Assembly: GCA_963666115.2 (NCBI GenBank)
Contig: CAXXET010000004.1
Span: 96,001 to 160,000, forward strand
Direction: 5' to 3'
Length of the DNA: 64,000 bases
Source: Dehalococcoidia bacterium
GTDB taxonomy: Bacteria; Chloroflexota; Dehalococcoidia; UBA6926
The position numbers and the translations under genes were made by a program. The number at the start of each line of letters is the position of its first letter. Positions within the stretch are counted from its first letter, which is position 1. Under the pieces are notes generated by a model. The model had not been told where the DNA came from, did no database searches, and worked only from the letters and a program-made list of their open reading frames with translations. Positions 55,298 through 64,000 of the stretch are shown piece after piece.

Positions 55298-56749
55298 CTA
55301 CTCGCCCCCAAATAGCGACGCCGCCGCAGTCTCCGCCGCCTCCGCCAACGGCCTCACGTACAGCCCGCCCGCCACGATCGCAACGAGCAAGCCCAGTATC
55401 AGCAGCCACATCGTCCTCGATACGCGAATCGGCCCCGCGCCCTCCTCCGGCTGCTCAATGTACATCTGCCTCACGATATTCAGATAGTAGTACAGCGAAA
55501 TCAGGCTGGCGAATATGGCGATGCCCACCGGAACGAGGAATCGCGTCCCCGCCGTCGCCACCACCGTGAACAGGTAGAACTTGGACGCGAACCCGATGAA
55601 GAACGGGAATCCGGCCAGGCTGAACAACGCCCCCGTCAACGCCAGCGCCAGGAACGGGTTGCGCCGCGCCAGCCCCGCCACGTCGCGCACCCCCTCCTTG
55701 CCCGTCTGCTGCCACACCGCAAGCAAAACCATGAACGCCACCATCGTGGACGCCGCGTAGCTCACGCTGTGGATCAGTATCCCCGCAGCCGGTTTCGCGG
55801 GGTCGTCTGCCCCCAGCGCCGCGATCCCCAGCAGCAGGTAGCCCACCTGCCCGATGCTCGAATACGCCATCAGCCGTTTCAGATTCGACTGCAAGATAGC
55901 GACGAGGTTGCCGAGCATCATGCTCAGCACCGCCAGCAGGATGAACACCCAGTCCCAGAAGAGCGCGACCGGCTCCAGCGCGACGGCAACCAGCCGGATC
56001 AACAACGCGAACCCGGCGGCCTTGGACGCCGCCGCAAGGTACGCCGTAATGGGTATCGGCGCGCCCTCGTACACGTCCGGCGTCCACATGTGGAACGGCA
56101 CGGCGGCCACCTTGAACCCCAGCCCCGCCGTCAACATCGCCAGCGCGATGATCAGCCCCGGGCTTGGTGAAAGCGTGCTCAGCCCGCTCGCCACCTCGTC
56201 GTAGCGCGTGTCGCCCGTCAGCCCGTAGATGTACGTGATGCCCAGCAAGAGGAACGCCGACGCAATCGCCCCAAGCAGGATGTACTTCATCCCCGCCTCG
56301 TTCGTCCGCCGCTCCTTCCACGTGTACGACGCCAGGATGTACAGCGAGAAGCTCAACAGCTCCAGCGAGATATACGCCGTGATCAACTCGCCCGCCGCCG
56401 CCATCCCCATCGCGCCCACGGTGGCCATCATCAGGAGAGCCACGAACTCGCCGGGGCTGTCAATCGACGACACGAATTGCGACGAACCGAGAATCGTCAC
56501 CGCCGCGAGGATCACGAACAGCGCGAAGAAGAACGCGGAATACGTATCGAAGATGAGGATGCCGCCTGCGAAGCGGCTCGTCTCGCCGTCGTTCGCAACG
56601 ATGATGAACACGCCAATCGCGGCCATGACCGCCGCGCCCCCGTACACCAGGACGGTCCGCGAGAGGCGCGGCACAATCAGGTCGAGCGTGAACGCCCCGA
56701 ACGCAAGGCCGGTCACGAGATAGCCCGGCAACAGCAGCGCCCAGTTCAT
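55298..56749 (-). CDS. nuoN: Complex I subunit N
   Basis: EAGMKY, FKVAAVPFHMWTPDVYEGAP, AYSSIGQ, YYYL. Confidence 0.95.
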   Translation of the reverse strand: MNWALLLPGYLVTGLAFGAFTLDLIVPRLSRTVLVYGGAAVMAAIGVFIIVANDGETSRFAGGILIFDTYSAFFFALFVILAAVTILGSSQFVSSIDSPGEFVALLMMATVGAMGMAAAGELITAYISLELLSFSLYILASYTWKERRTNEAGMKYILLGAIASAFLLLGITYIYGLTGDTRYDEVASGLSTLSPSPGLIIALAMLTAGLGFKVAAVPFHMWTPDVYEGAPIPITAYLAAASKAAGFALLIRLVAVALEPVALFWDWVFILLAVLSMMLGNLVAILQSNLKRLMAYSSIGQVGYLLLGIAALGADDPAKPAAGILIHSVSYAASTMVAFMVLLAVWQQTGKEGVRDVAGLARRNPFLALALTGALFSLAGFPFFIGFASKFYLFTVVATAGTRFLVPVGIAIFASLISLYYYLNIVRQMYIEQPEEGAGPIRVSRTMWLLILGLLVAIVAGGLYVRPLAEAAETAAASLFGGE

Positions 56750-56761
56750 CGCATCACGCCC

Positions 56762-58705
56762 CTACACCGTCTCCGCCAGCACGGCCACGGCCACGATGAT
56801 CACCGCCGCGATTGTAAAGACAAGCGCGTAGTTGAAGACGAAGCCCGTCTGCATCCCACGAAGAAGTTGCCCCGCGTCCACCGTGCGCGCGGCGGGGCCG
56901 TCCACCCCGGCGTCATTGACCACGCGCCGGTCAACCTCGCGGATGAACCCGGCAAAGACCAGCACAATCCGGTCGATGACCCACTGCGCCGCGGCATCGA
57001 TGTAGAACCGGTTCTGGACAAGCTTCAGCGGCCCCGCCACTGCCTCCAAAACCCCATCGTCAACGCGCTCCCTGTTGTTCCAGTAGTTCAGCCCGACGCC
57101 GATCCCCGCGACGGCGGTCAGCGTGGACGCCAGCGCCAGGAGCATGTCGAAATGGAACTCGCGGTGCCCATGCGTCAGGAACTCGATGAAGTCCCAGCCA
57201 AACGCCAGCACAATGCCAAGGAAAATGGCCAGCGCGCCAAGCGCCACAAGCGGAACGGACATCAACGGCGGCGCGTCATGCAAAACGGCCGCGTGGCTCC
57301 CCTCTCCGTCATGCGATTCCACAGGCGGCGCCGGCCCTCCCTGCGCGACAACCAGCGCGAGCCGCGTCATGTACAGCGCGCTCAGGAATGAGGCGATGAC
57401 GGCTCCAAAGAACAGCAGGTAGCCCGGCAGCGTCTCGATCTCAAGCGCCGGCGCAAGAATCCCCTCCTTGGAGAAGAACCCGCTTAAGGGTGGTATCCCG
57501 GCCAGCGACAGGCTCCCGATGATAAGCGCAGCGGCAGTGAGCGGCGCGCCGATCCGCAGCCCCCGCACCTGGTAAATCGAAGCCGAAGATGCGTGAATCG
57601 CGTGCAGCGCAACCCCCGCCGTCAGGAACAACAGCGCCTTGAAATAGCCGTGCGTCAGCAGGTGGAACATGCCGCCGCTCGGGTCGCGGTGCTCGACGTT
57701 TGCCGAAAGGCCCGCCGCGCCAAGCGCCAGCATCATCAGCCCAAGCTGGCTCACCGTCGAATACGCGAGGATGCGCTTGAAGTCGATCTCGCCCAGCGCG
57801 AGCAGCCCGGCAAGGATGGCCGTCACCAGCCCAATCACCGCCACGAACCAGAGCACCCCGGGCGCCTCCACGAACAGGTCGAACATCCTGGCAACCAGGA
57901 ACACCCCCGCCGCCACCATCGTCGCCGCGTGAATCAGCGCGCTGACCGGTGTCGGCCCCTCCATCGCGTCCGGCAGCCAGATGTGGAACGGGAATTGCGC
58001 GCTCTTGCCCATCGCGCCCAGGAACAGCAGGAACGCCACCAGCGCCGCCTCTCCTCCGCTCAACGACGCGATAACCTCCCGGATGTCGAACGTCCCCGTG
58101 CTCAGGTACGCGACGATGATGCCGATGAGCAGCCCGACGTCCCCGAATCGCGTCGTGATGAACGCCTTTTTCGCCGCCTCCGCCGCCGAGCGCCGCTCCC
58201 AGTAGAAGCCGATGAGCAGGAACGAGCACAGCCCAACCAGTTCCCACGAGATATACAACAGCAGCAGGCTGCCGGTCAGCACAAGCGCCAGCATGGACGC
58301 CGCGAACAGCGAATGTGCCGCGAAATACCACCCGAACCGCTCGTCCCCCTTCATGTACTCCAGCGAATACACCTGCACCGCAAGAGACACGGACGTGACC
58401 AGAATGATCATCATCACCGACAGGCTGTCGACGATATAACTCAGCCCAAACTCGGAGCCTCCCGCTGACAGCCAGACGATTTTCCCAACATATTCCCCGT
58501 TCGCAAGGTAATCGCCCAAAACGCCAAGCGACCCGATGAATGCAATGCCGATGGCGGCAACGCTCACCCAGGACGCGGCCTGCGGCAGAATCTGGAGCCG
58601 CCCGATGGCGAGAATGACGAATGCGGCAAACGGCAGCGCGGCAACCAGCCACGCCTGCTCTGCGCCAATCGGAATCATGTCCAGCAGGGCTGTCACGGGT
58701 GCCAA
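56762..58705 (-). CDS. nuoL: Complex I subunit L
   Basis: AAKKAF..RFGD, GKSAQFP..WLPDAMEGPTPVSALIHAATMV, MQTG. Confidence 0.96.
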   Translation of the reverse strand: MAPVTALLDMIPIGAEQAWLVAALPFAAFVILAIGRLQILPQAASWVSVAAIGIAFIGSLGVLGDYLANGEYVGKIVWLSAGGSEFGLSYIVDSLSVMMIILVTSVSLAVQVYSLEYMKGDERFGWYFAAHSLFAASMLALVLTGSLLLLYISWELVGLCSFLLIGFYWERRSAAEAAKKAFITTRFGDVGLLIGIIVAYLSTGTFDIREVIASLSGGEAALVAFLLFLGAMGKSAQFPFHIWLPDAMEGPTPVSALIHAATMVAAGVFLVARMFDLFVEAPGVLWFVAVIGLVTAILAGLLALGEIDFKRILAYSTVSQLGLMMLALGAAGLSANVEHRDPSGGMFHLLTHGYFKALLFLTAGVALHAIHASSASIYQVRGLRIGAPLTAAALIIGSLSLAGIPPLSGFFSKEGILAPALEIETLPGYLLFFGAVIASFLSALYMTRLALVVAQGGPAPPVESHDGEGSHAAVLHDAPPLMSVPLVALGALAIFLGIVLAFGWDFIEFLTHGHREFHFDMLLALASTLTAVAGIGVGLNYWNNRERVDDGVLEAVAGPLKLVQNRFYIDAAAQWVIDRIVLVFAGFIREVDRRVVNDAGVDGPAARTVDAGQLLRGMQTGFVFNYALVFTIAAVIIVAVAVLAETV

Positions 58706-58708
58706 TCC

Positions 58709-59017
58709 CTACTGCTGCAAGGTGGAGATGCGGTCCAAATTGACCGTCTCCCAGTTTCTGAACATGCGAAGAACGATGGCGAGCGCGAGGCCGACCTCCG
58801 CCGCCGCAATGGTGATCACGAAGATGATCAGCACGTGCGCGATGGCCTCTGTCCCAACCACGTAGCGCGCGAACGCGATGAGATGCACGTTGACCGCGTT
58901 CAACATCAACTCCACGGACATGAGCACAAGCACCGCGTTCCGCCGCGCCAGCACGCCGTACAAGCCAAGGCAGAACAGCGCCGCCCCCAAAATGAGCATG
59001 AACTCCAGGACAGTCAT
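58709..59017 (-). CDS. nuoK: Complex I subunit K
   Basis: ELMLNAVN, AAAEVGLAL. Confidence 0.95.
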   Translation of the reverse strand: MTVLEFMLILGAALFCLGLYGVLARRNAVLVLMSVELMLNAVNVHLIAFARYVVGTEAIAHVLIIFVITIAAAEVGLALAIVLRMFRNWETVNLDRISTLQQ

Positions 59018-59514
59018 GCGCCGTCACGCCCGCTGCGAGTCAGCACAACCGCGCCGACCAACGCCACCAGCAGCACCAGTGACGCAATTTCAAACGGAAT
59101 CAGGAAATCGCTGAAGAGCAGTTCGCTCAGCGCCGTGAACTCGGCCATCGGGTCGGTGCCCGGCTCGCGCGTCCGCCATGGCGTCGACAACGCCGCCGCA
59201 ACAAGCAGCGCGAACAGCCCAAGACAGGCCATCGCGGCAAGCGGGCGCTGTGTATTGTCCTCCACGTTCGCCTGTTCCGGCGCCCGCGTCAGCATGATGC
59301 CGAACAGCAGCACAATCGTTATCGCGCCGCCGTATATCAAGACCTGCGCCAGCGCGATGAACTCTGCCAGCATCATCAGGAAGAGAGCCGCCACCCCCAC
59401 AAGCGAAAGCAAAAGGAAGACAGCGGCGTACACCACGTTCCGCGTCGCGACAACCCCAACGGCCGCCGCAACCGTGATAATCCCAATCGCCCCCAATATC
59501 GCCGTCTCAATCAT
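59014..59514 (-). CDS. nuoJ: Complex I subunit J
   Basis: AEFIALAQVLIYGGAI, PFEIAS. Confidence 0.93.
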   Translation of the reverse strand: MIETAILGAIGIITVAAAVGVVATRNVVYAAVFLLLSLVGVAALFLMMLAEFIALAQVLIYGGAITIVLLFGIMLTRAPEQANVEDNTQRPLAAMACLGLFALLVAAALSTPWRTREPGTDPMAEFTALSELLFSDFLIPFEIASLVLLVALVGAVVLTRSGRDGA

Positions 59515-60146
59515 TCGGCGTCCTTATCTCCCTCTCCCTGCGCCGCTCGCTCAGCCGCCCGTTGCGCCCGCAGTTCCGCCGCCTTGGCCCGCGCCGCCGC
59601 TACCCGATCCTCGCTCGACGCAGGCGCGTCCGCCGCTGCCGCAGTCCCGCCGCCCTGCGCGGCGGCCCGTCGTTGCGACTTCTTCGCCTCCGGCGGCGAC
59701 CACCGCCCCTTCGCCTCCTGCTCTTTGCCGGCCTCAAGCAGTTGCTCCAGGTCAAATACGAGATTCGGACGCGCATACTGGCTCGCATCGAAGTTGTCGG
59801 ACATGATGATCGCGTCGAAGTTGCAGTACTCCACGCACAGCCCGCACATGATGCAGTCCGCCACGTTCAAATCAAAATAATCCACGATCTTGCGGCGCGA
59901 ACTGTCGCCCTCCGCGTGCTTTGGATTGTCCATCATCGCCACGTCGATACAGTCCGTCGGACAAATCCGCATACACACCAGGCAGCCGGTGCAGTACGGC
60001 TCCGGCACGTCCTTGTCCCATGTCAACACGGGATGCGCCATGAAACGCGGCGCAAGCGTCGGTTCGACACTCGGATATTCCGCCGTGACCGGCGGCTTGA
60101 GCGCCAGCTTCACCGTTGTAAGCAGACTCTTGAATGTGCCTAGCAT
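59511..60146 (-). CDS. nuoI: Complex I subunit I
   Basis: CTGCLVCMRICP and CIMCGLCVEYC; Ala-rich C-terminal tail. Confidence 0.95.
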   Translation of the reverse strand: MLGTFKSLLTTVKLALKPPVTAEYPSVEPTLAPRFMAHPVLTWDKDVPEPYCTGCLVCMRICPTDCIDVAMMDNPKHAEGDSSRRKIVDYFDLNVADCIMCGLCVEYCNFDAIIMSDNFDASQYARPNLVFDLEQLLEAGKEQEAKGRWSPPEAKKSQRRAAAQGGGTAAAADAPASSEDRVAAARAKAAELRAQRAAERAAQGEGDKDAE

Positions 60147-60148
60147 GA

Positions 60149-61273
60149 CTATTGCGCCCACCTTTGCCTGAATTGCCGGAGCCTCTGTTCTCTGCGCCGC
60201 TGGATGTAGATGCCGGTCGCCACGGCCAGCACGATGCTCACCGCGCTAATTGTCACACTTGTCAGCCAGGGTTCCCAACCGTTCTGGTGCTGGACCCAGA
60301 CCACCGTCGCCACCAGCAGGAGATTCACGAGCGACGCCGGGATGGCGATTTTCCACGCGAACGCCATGAGCTGGTCGATGCGGAGCCGGGGCAGCGGCGC
60401 GCGAATCCAGAACACGATGAGGATGATGGCGGCAATCTTCACGAACAGGTAGAACGGTTGGAGGAACGTGTATTCGTCCGAGAACGGGCCGCTCCATCCG
60501 CCCAGGAACAGGATTGTTGCCAGGAACGCCATCGTCGCCAGCCCCGCGTACTCGGTCAGGAAGAACACGCCCCAGCGGATGCCGGAGTATTCGACGAACG
60601 CCCCGCCCACAATCTCCTCCTCCGCGTGCGGGATATCAAACGGAATCCGCGCCGTCTCCGCCAACGCCCCCACGATGAAGAGGATGAAGCCCAGCGGCAT
60701 GATCAGCAGGTACGGCACGCTGCCCTGCGCCTCCACGATTCCGGAGAGGCTGAACGGGCGGTCCGTCGCCGTCTGCGCGAGCAGCCCCACGGCCAGCACC
60801 GCGAACACGAGAGGCAGCTCATAGCTGATCAACTGCGCGGCGTTGCGCGCGCTCCCAAGCAATGCGTACTTGTTGTTGGACGCCCAGCCGGCCAGCACGT
60901 GGCCCACCACGGACAGCCCCAGGATAGCGATGATATACAACAGCCCGATGTCCAGGTCGCTCAGCACCCAGTCGGGGCCGAACGGCAGAACCATCCACAA
61001 CATGAAGATCGGCGTGAAAATCAGCAGCGGCGCGACGTAGAAGATGACCAGGTTCACGCTCCCCGGCCGCACGTCCTCCTTGAGCATCAGCTTGATCGCG
61101 TCCGCCGCCGTCTGCAGCAGGCCGAACGGCCCCGTCCGCGACGGCCCCACGCGCTGCTGCAGCCGCGCCAGAGCCTTGCGCTCCGCATAGATCACGCCTA
61201 GCACGGCGGTCAAAATGCCGTTGAACAGCACGAAGACGACAATGGCAATCGTGATGAGATCGAGCAAACTCAT
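60149..61273 (-). CDS. nuoH: Complex I subunit H
   Basis: ERKALAR..GP..GLLQ..DAIK, ISYE, RIPFD, PRLRIDQ. Confidence 0.96.
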   Translation of the reverse strand: MSLLDLITIAIVVFVLFNGILTAVLGVIYAERKALARLQQRVGPSRTGPFGLLQTAADAIKLMLKEDVRPGSVNLVIFYVAPLLIFTPIFMLWMVLPFGPDWVLSDLDIGLLYIIAILGLSVVGHVLAGWASNNKYALLGSARNAAQLISYELPLVFAVLAVGLLAQTATDRPFSLSGIVEAQGSVPYLLIMPLGFILFIVGALAETARIPFDIPHAEEEIVGGAFVEYSGIRWGVFFLTEYAGLATMAFLATILFLGGWSGPFSDEYTFLQPFYLFVKIAAIILIVFWIRAPLPRLRIDQLMAFAWKIAIPASLVNLLLVATVVWVQHQNGWEPWLTSVTISAVSIVLAVATGIYIQRRREQRLRQFRQRWAQ

Positions 61274-62415
61274 CGATCCACCTCGCCCAGCACGATGTCC
61301 ATAGAGCCGAGGATCACGGTGGCGTCCGCAAGGTACGAGCCTCGAATCATGGCCGGCAGCGCCATGAGGTTGCAGAAGCTCGGCCCGCGAATCTTGAGGC
61401 GGTACGGCCGCACAGTGCCGCCTGACGAAACGAGATAGACGCCAAGATCGCCGCGCGGGTTCTCCCCGTGAACGTACACGTCGCCCGCCTCCGGGCGCAT
61501 GATGCGCGGCACGCGGCCCATCACCGGGCCCTCCGGCAGCTTGTCCAGCGCCTGGGCAACAATGGAAATCGACTGCTCGATCTCCAGCATCCGCACCATG
61601 TAGCGGTCGTAGCAATCGCCTGTTTGGCCGGTCGGCACGCGAAAGTCCAGTTCCTCGTAGACGGAGTAGGGATCGGCCTTGCGAATGTCATAGTCGATGC
61701 CCGCCGCCCGCAGCAGCGGCCCCGTCACGCCGTAGTCGAGCAGGTCCTCCGCGGGAATCGCGCCGATGCCCGCCGTCCGCTCGATGAATATCTCGCTCTC
61801 TGTAAGCGTGCCGCGCGCCTCTTCATAACCGGACTTGAGTTGATCCAGCAGGGCGCGCACGGCGGGGACAAACCCGTCCGGCAAATCCTCCTTGACCCCG
61901 CCGATGCGGAAGTAGTTGTGCATCATGCGCGCGCCCGTAACGCCCTCGAAAATCTGCTGAATCCGCTCGCGGTCGCGGAACCCGATCATCACGGGGTTCA
62001 TCGCCCCCGTATCCAGCCCGTACGTCCCGTAGAACAGCAGGTGGCTCGCAATGCGGTTCAGCTCGGACAAAATAAGGCGGATGTACTCGGCGCGCTCCGG
62101 CGGCGCCACTCCCATCGCCTTTTCCACCGCCCGCACGTAGACCCACTCATTGTTGAAATTGGCCACGTAGTCCAGGCGGTCGAATAGCGTTGTTATCTGC
62201 TGAAAATTCTCGCCCTCCGCCAGCCGCTCTGACCCCCGGTGCAGGTATCCGATGTGCGGATACACGTCAACAACGCGCTCGCCGTCCAGCGTCAGCACCA
62301 TCCGAAACACGCCGTGCGTCGCCGGATGCTGCGGCCCCATGTTGATGCTCAACTCCGCCTGCTCCGTGACGGGGTCGCGCGCGATGTTCGCCGACAGTCC
62401 GGCATCAGTCGCCAT
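61270..62415 (-). CDS. nuoD: Complex I subunit D
   Basis: GPQHPATHGV, GYLHRG, RLDY, GEVDR. Confidence 0.96.
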   Translation of the reverse strand: MATDAGLSANIARDPVTEQAELSINMGPQHPATHGVFRMVLTLDGERVVDVYPHIGYLHRGSERLAEGENFQQITTLFDRLDYVANFNNEWVYVRAVEKAMGVAPPERAEYIRLILSELNRIASHLLFYGTYGLDTGAMNPVMIGFRDRERIQQIFEGVTGARMMHNYFRIGGVKEDLPDGFVPAVRALLDQLKSGYEEARGTLTESEIFIERTAGIGAIPAEDLLDYGVTGPLLRAAGIDYDIRKADPYSVYEELDFRVPTGQTGDCYDRYMVRMLEIEQSISIVAQALDKLPEGPVMGRVPRIMRPEAGDVYVHGENPRGDLGVYLVSSGGTVRPYRLKIRGPSFCNLMALPAMIRGSYLADATVILGSMDIVLGEVDR

Positions 62416-62926
62416 AGAACGTCACCTGCTCCGGAATCTCATAGTCCTTGCGCCCCGGGAATCCCTCGAACCCCTCATACAGGATCAACGGCGACAGGTC
62501 CGGGTGTCCGCGAAACTCCAGCCCAAACAGGTCGTGCCCCTCCCGCTCATGCCAGTCCGCCCCCATCCAGACGCCGATCACCGTTGGAATCCACGGATCG
62601 TCGATGGGCGCGCGCGTCTTGACCACCACCTTGTGCGGATGGCTGAGCGAAGCGAGATGATACACCGCCTCCAACTCCTCCTGCCAATCCACAACTGAAA
62701 GGCAGCGGAGATACCTGAAGTCCAAATCCGGATCGGACTTCAATGCGGCGCACACGTCAACGACCGCGTCGCGCGGCACACGCAACTCAAGTTCATCGAA
62801 CGAATACTCGATGGACTGCGCGCTGTCCCCGGCAATTTCCCGCGCGCGCGCCTCAATTGGCGAGGACGCGGCGGTCTCCTCTGCGGATTCCTCGGGGCGG
62901 GCGTCAGGCCGGTCGTCGGTCGTCAC
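62405..62926 (-). CDS. nuoC: Complex I subunit C
   Basis: WHERE..DLFG..F.GHPDL, GFPGRKDY. Confidence 0.93.
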   Translation of the reverse strand: MTTDDRPDARPEESAEETAASSPIEARAREIAGDSAQSIEYSFDELELRVPRDAVVDVCAALKSDPDLDFRYLRCLSVVDWQEELEAVYHLASLSHPHKVVVKTRAPIDDPWIPTVIGVWMGADWHEREGHDLFGLEFRGHPDLSPLILYEGFEGFPGRKDYEIPEQVTFYGD

Positions 62927-63502
62927 CTACAGTCCCCTCTTGAGCCGCGGCTCGTCCTGGATTCTGCGTTGAAGTTCGAGGATGCCGTGCTGCAGCGCCT
63001 CCGGGCGCGGCGGGCAACCCGGCACGTACACGTCCACCGGAATGATCTGATCCACTCCCATCACGACCGAATACGAGCGCACATACGGGCCGCCGCACGT
63101 GGCGCACGACCCCATCGCGATGACCCACTTGGGCGCGGGCATCTGCTCGTACAGCAGCTTGATCGGCTCGGCCATCTTCTTGACCACCGTCCCCGCCACG
63201 ATCATGACGTCGGATTGCCGCGGCGACGGCCACGTGACGACGCCGTAGCGGTCGAAATCATGCTTGGGCATGTACGCGGAGATCATCTCGATCGCGCAGC
63301 ACGCCAGGCCGAACGTCAGCGGCCACAACGACGACTTGCGCGCCATCGCGAACAACTCCTCCGTCTTGAGCGTAATCACCCCGGACAGGCCACTCTTCTG
63401 GTGCGCCGCGATGTTCTGCAGCGCCATGCGGGATTCGGGGGTGGAGACGACGGGGCCCTGCTGCCCCAGTCCACCCTGCCCGCCTGCGGGTTCGATATTC
63501 AT
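62927..63502 (-). CDS. nuoB: Complex I subunit B
   Basis: [24 protein letters not shown]. Confidence 0.96.
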   Translation of the reverse strand: MNIEPAGGQGGLGQQGPVVSTPESRMALQNIAAHQKSGLSGVITLKTEELFAMARKSSLWPLTFGLACCAIEMISAYMPKHDFDRYGVVTWPSPRQSDVMIVAGTVVKKMAEPIKLLYEQMPAPKWVIAMGSCATCGGPYVRSYSVVMGVDQIIPVDVYVPGCPPRPEALQHGILELQRRIQDEPRLKRGL

Positions 63503-63867
63503 CGCCAGGACAACACCCCCTTGCGCCATGCATAGACCAAACCGAAGAACAACACAACAAGGAATATCACCATGGAATAGAACGCGGCGGCGGGCAGATC
63601 GAGGAACACGAACGCCCACGGGAACAGGAAAACGGTCTCCACCGCGAAGATCAGGAAGAAGAGCGCGAACAGGTAGTACCGCACGTTGTAGCGCGTGTTG
63701 CCCTCGCCCGTCGGCAGGATGCCGCACTCATACGCGATGCCGCTCAGGCTCGTGGCGCGGCGCGGCGCGAGAATCCATGAGATCACAAAGAACGACGCCA
63801 CGCCGCCGAAGCCGAAGATGGCGGCAATTCCCACAGCGGCCCAGTTGAACGCATACTCAGCCGGCAT
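63499..63867 (-). CDS. nuoA: Complex I subunit A
   Basis: YECG, FLIFAVE..FLFPWA, RKGVLSW. Confidence 0.95.
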   Translation of the reverse strand: MPAEYAFNWAAVGIAAIFGFGGVASFFVISWILAPRRATSLSGIAYECGILPTGEGNTRYNVRYYLFALFFLIFAVETVFLFPWAFVFLDLPAAAFYSMVIFLVVLFFGLVYAWRKGVLSWR

Positions 63868-63933
63868 TCCCCTGCACTCCTATCGGCCAGTCGATGTGCG
63901 GCTCAGACACAGTGTAAACGAACATCACGATGC

Positions 63934-64000
63934 TCACCCGATCCTGCCCAACAGCGCCGTCACGCTGCCATCGATCAACTCGATCCACGGGAACGGCCAG
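63934..64000 (-). CDS. nuoM: 3' end of probable complex I subunit M (rest lies beyond the window)
   Basis: Reads WPFPWIELIDGSVTALLGRIG-stop, resembling the NuoM C-terminal P..P..amphipathic helix; only 21 codons are visible. Confidence 0.55.
   Translation of the reverse strand, partial: WPFPWIELIDGSVTALLGRIG

Overview
This is a high-GC bacterial window, most consistent with Chloroflexota/Dehalococcoidia (SAR202-like). That assignment is inferred from the DUF2298/TIGR03663 GT-C cluster, a complex I lacking NuoEFG and a fused CaiB. Bases 1-9000 are a defence island built on a type I R-M locus (hsdM, hsdS, truncated hsdR). It is interleaved with DUF2442, an AbiJ-NTD4/HEPN gene, a DUF4365 nuclease plus unknown partner, and a DUF262 + HEPN pair, and it carries visible recombination scars (a 29-bp duplication of the hsdM 3' end and a 31-bp copy of the AbiJ gene at the hsdR breakpoint). 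The rest is mostly core genome: addAB, CoA transferase, ech, an rlmD-maf fusion, rplU-rpmA-rpmE, miaB, tRNA-Ser(GCT), korAB, a glycosylation cluster, ftsY, hisDG, birA and nuoA-D,H-L,N, with a probable nuoM relocated upstream of nuoA. Small accessory cassettes (DUF429, VapBC, DUF5678-like + aspartyl protease, tandem HicB) are dotted through it. Three families of short palindromic repeats sit at these junctions and in-frame inside proteins, and the flanking DNA shows a strand-specific A/C-rich codon shift. Other oddities are a serine recombinase without a catalytic motif, a Rieske-like protein without His ligands, and two probable non-AUG starts in the r-protein operon. All family names come from motif recognition, not database searches.
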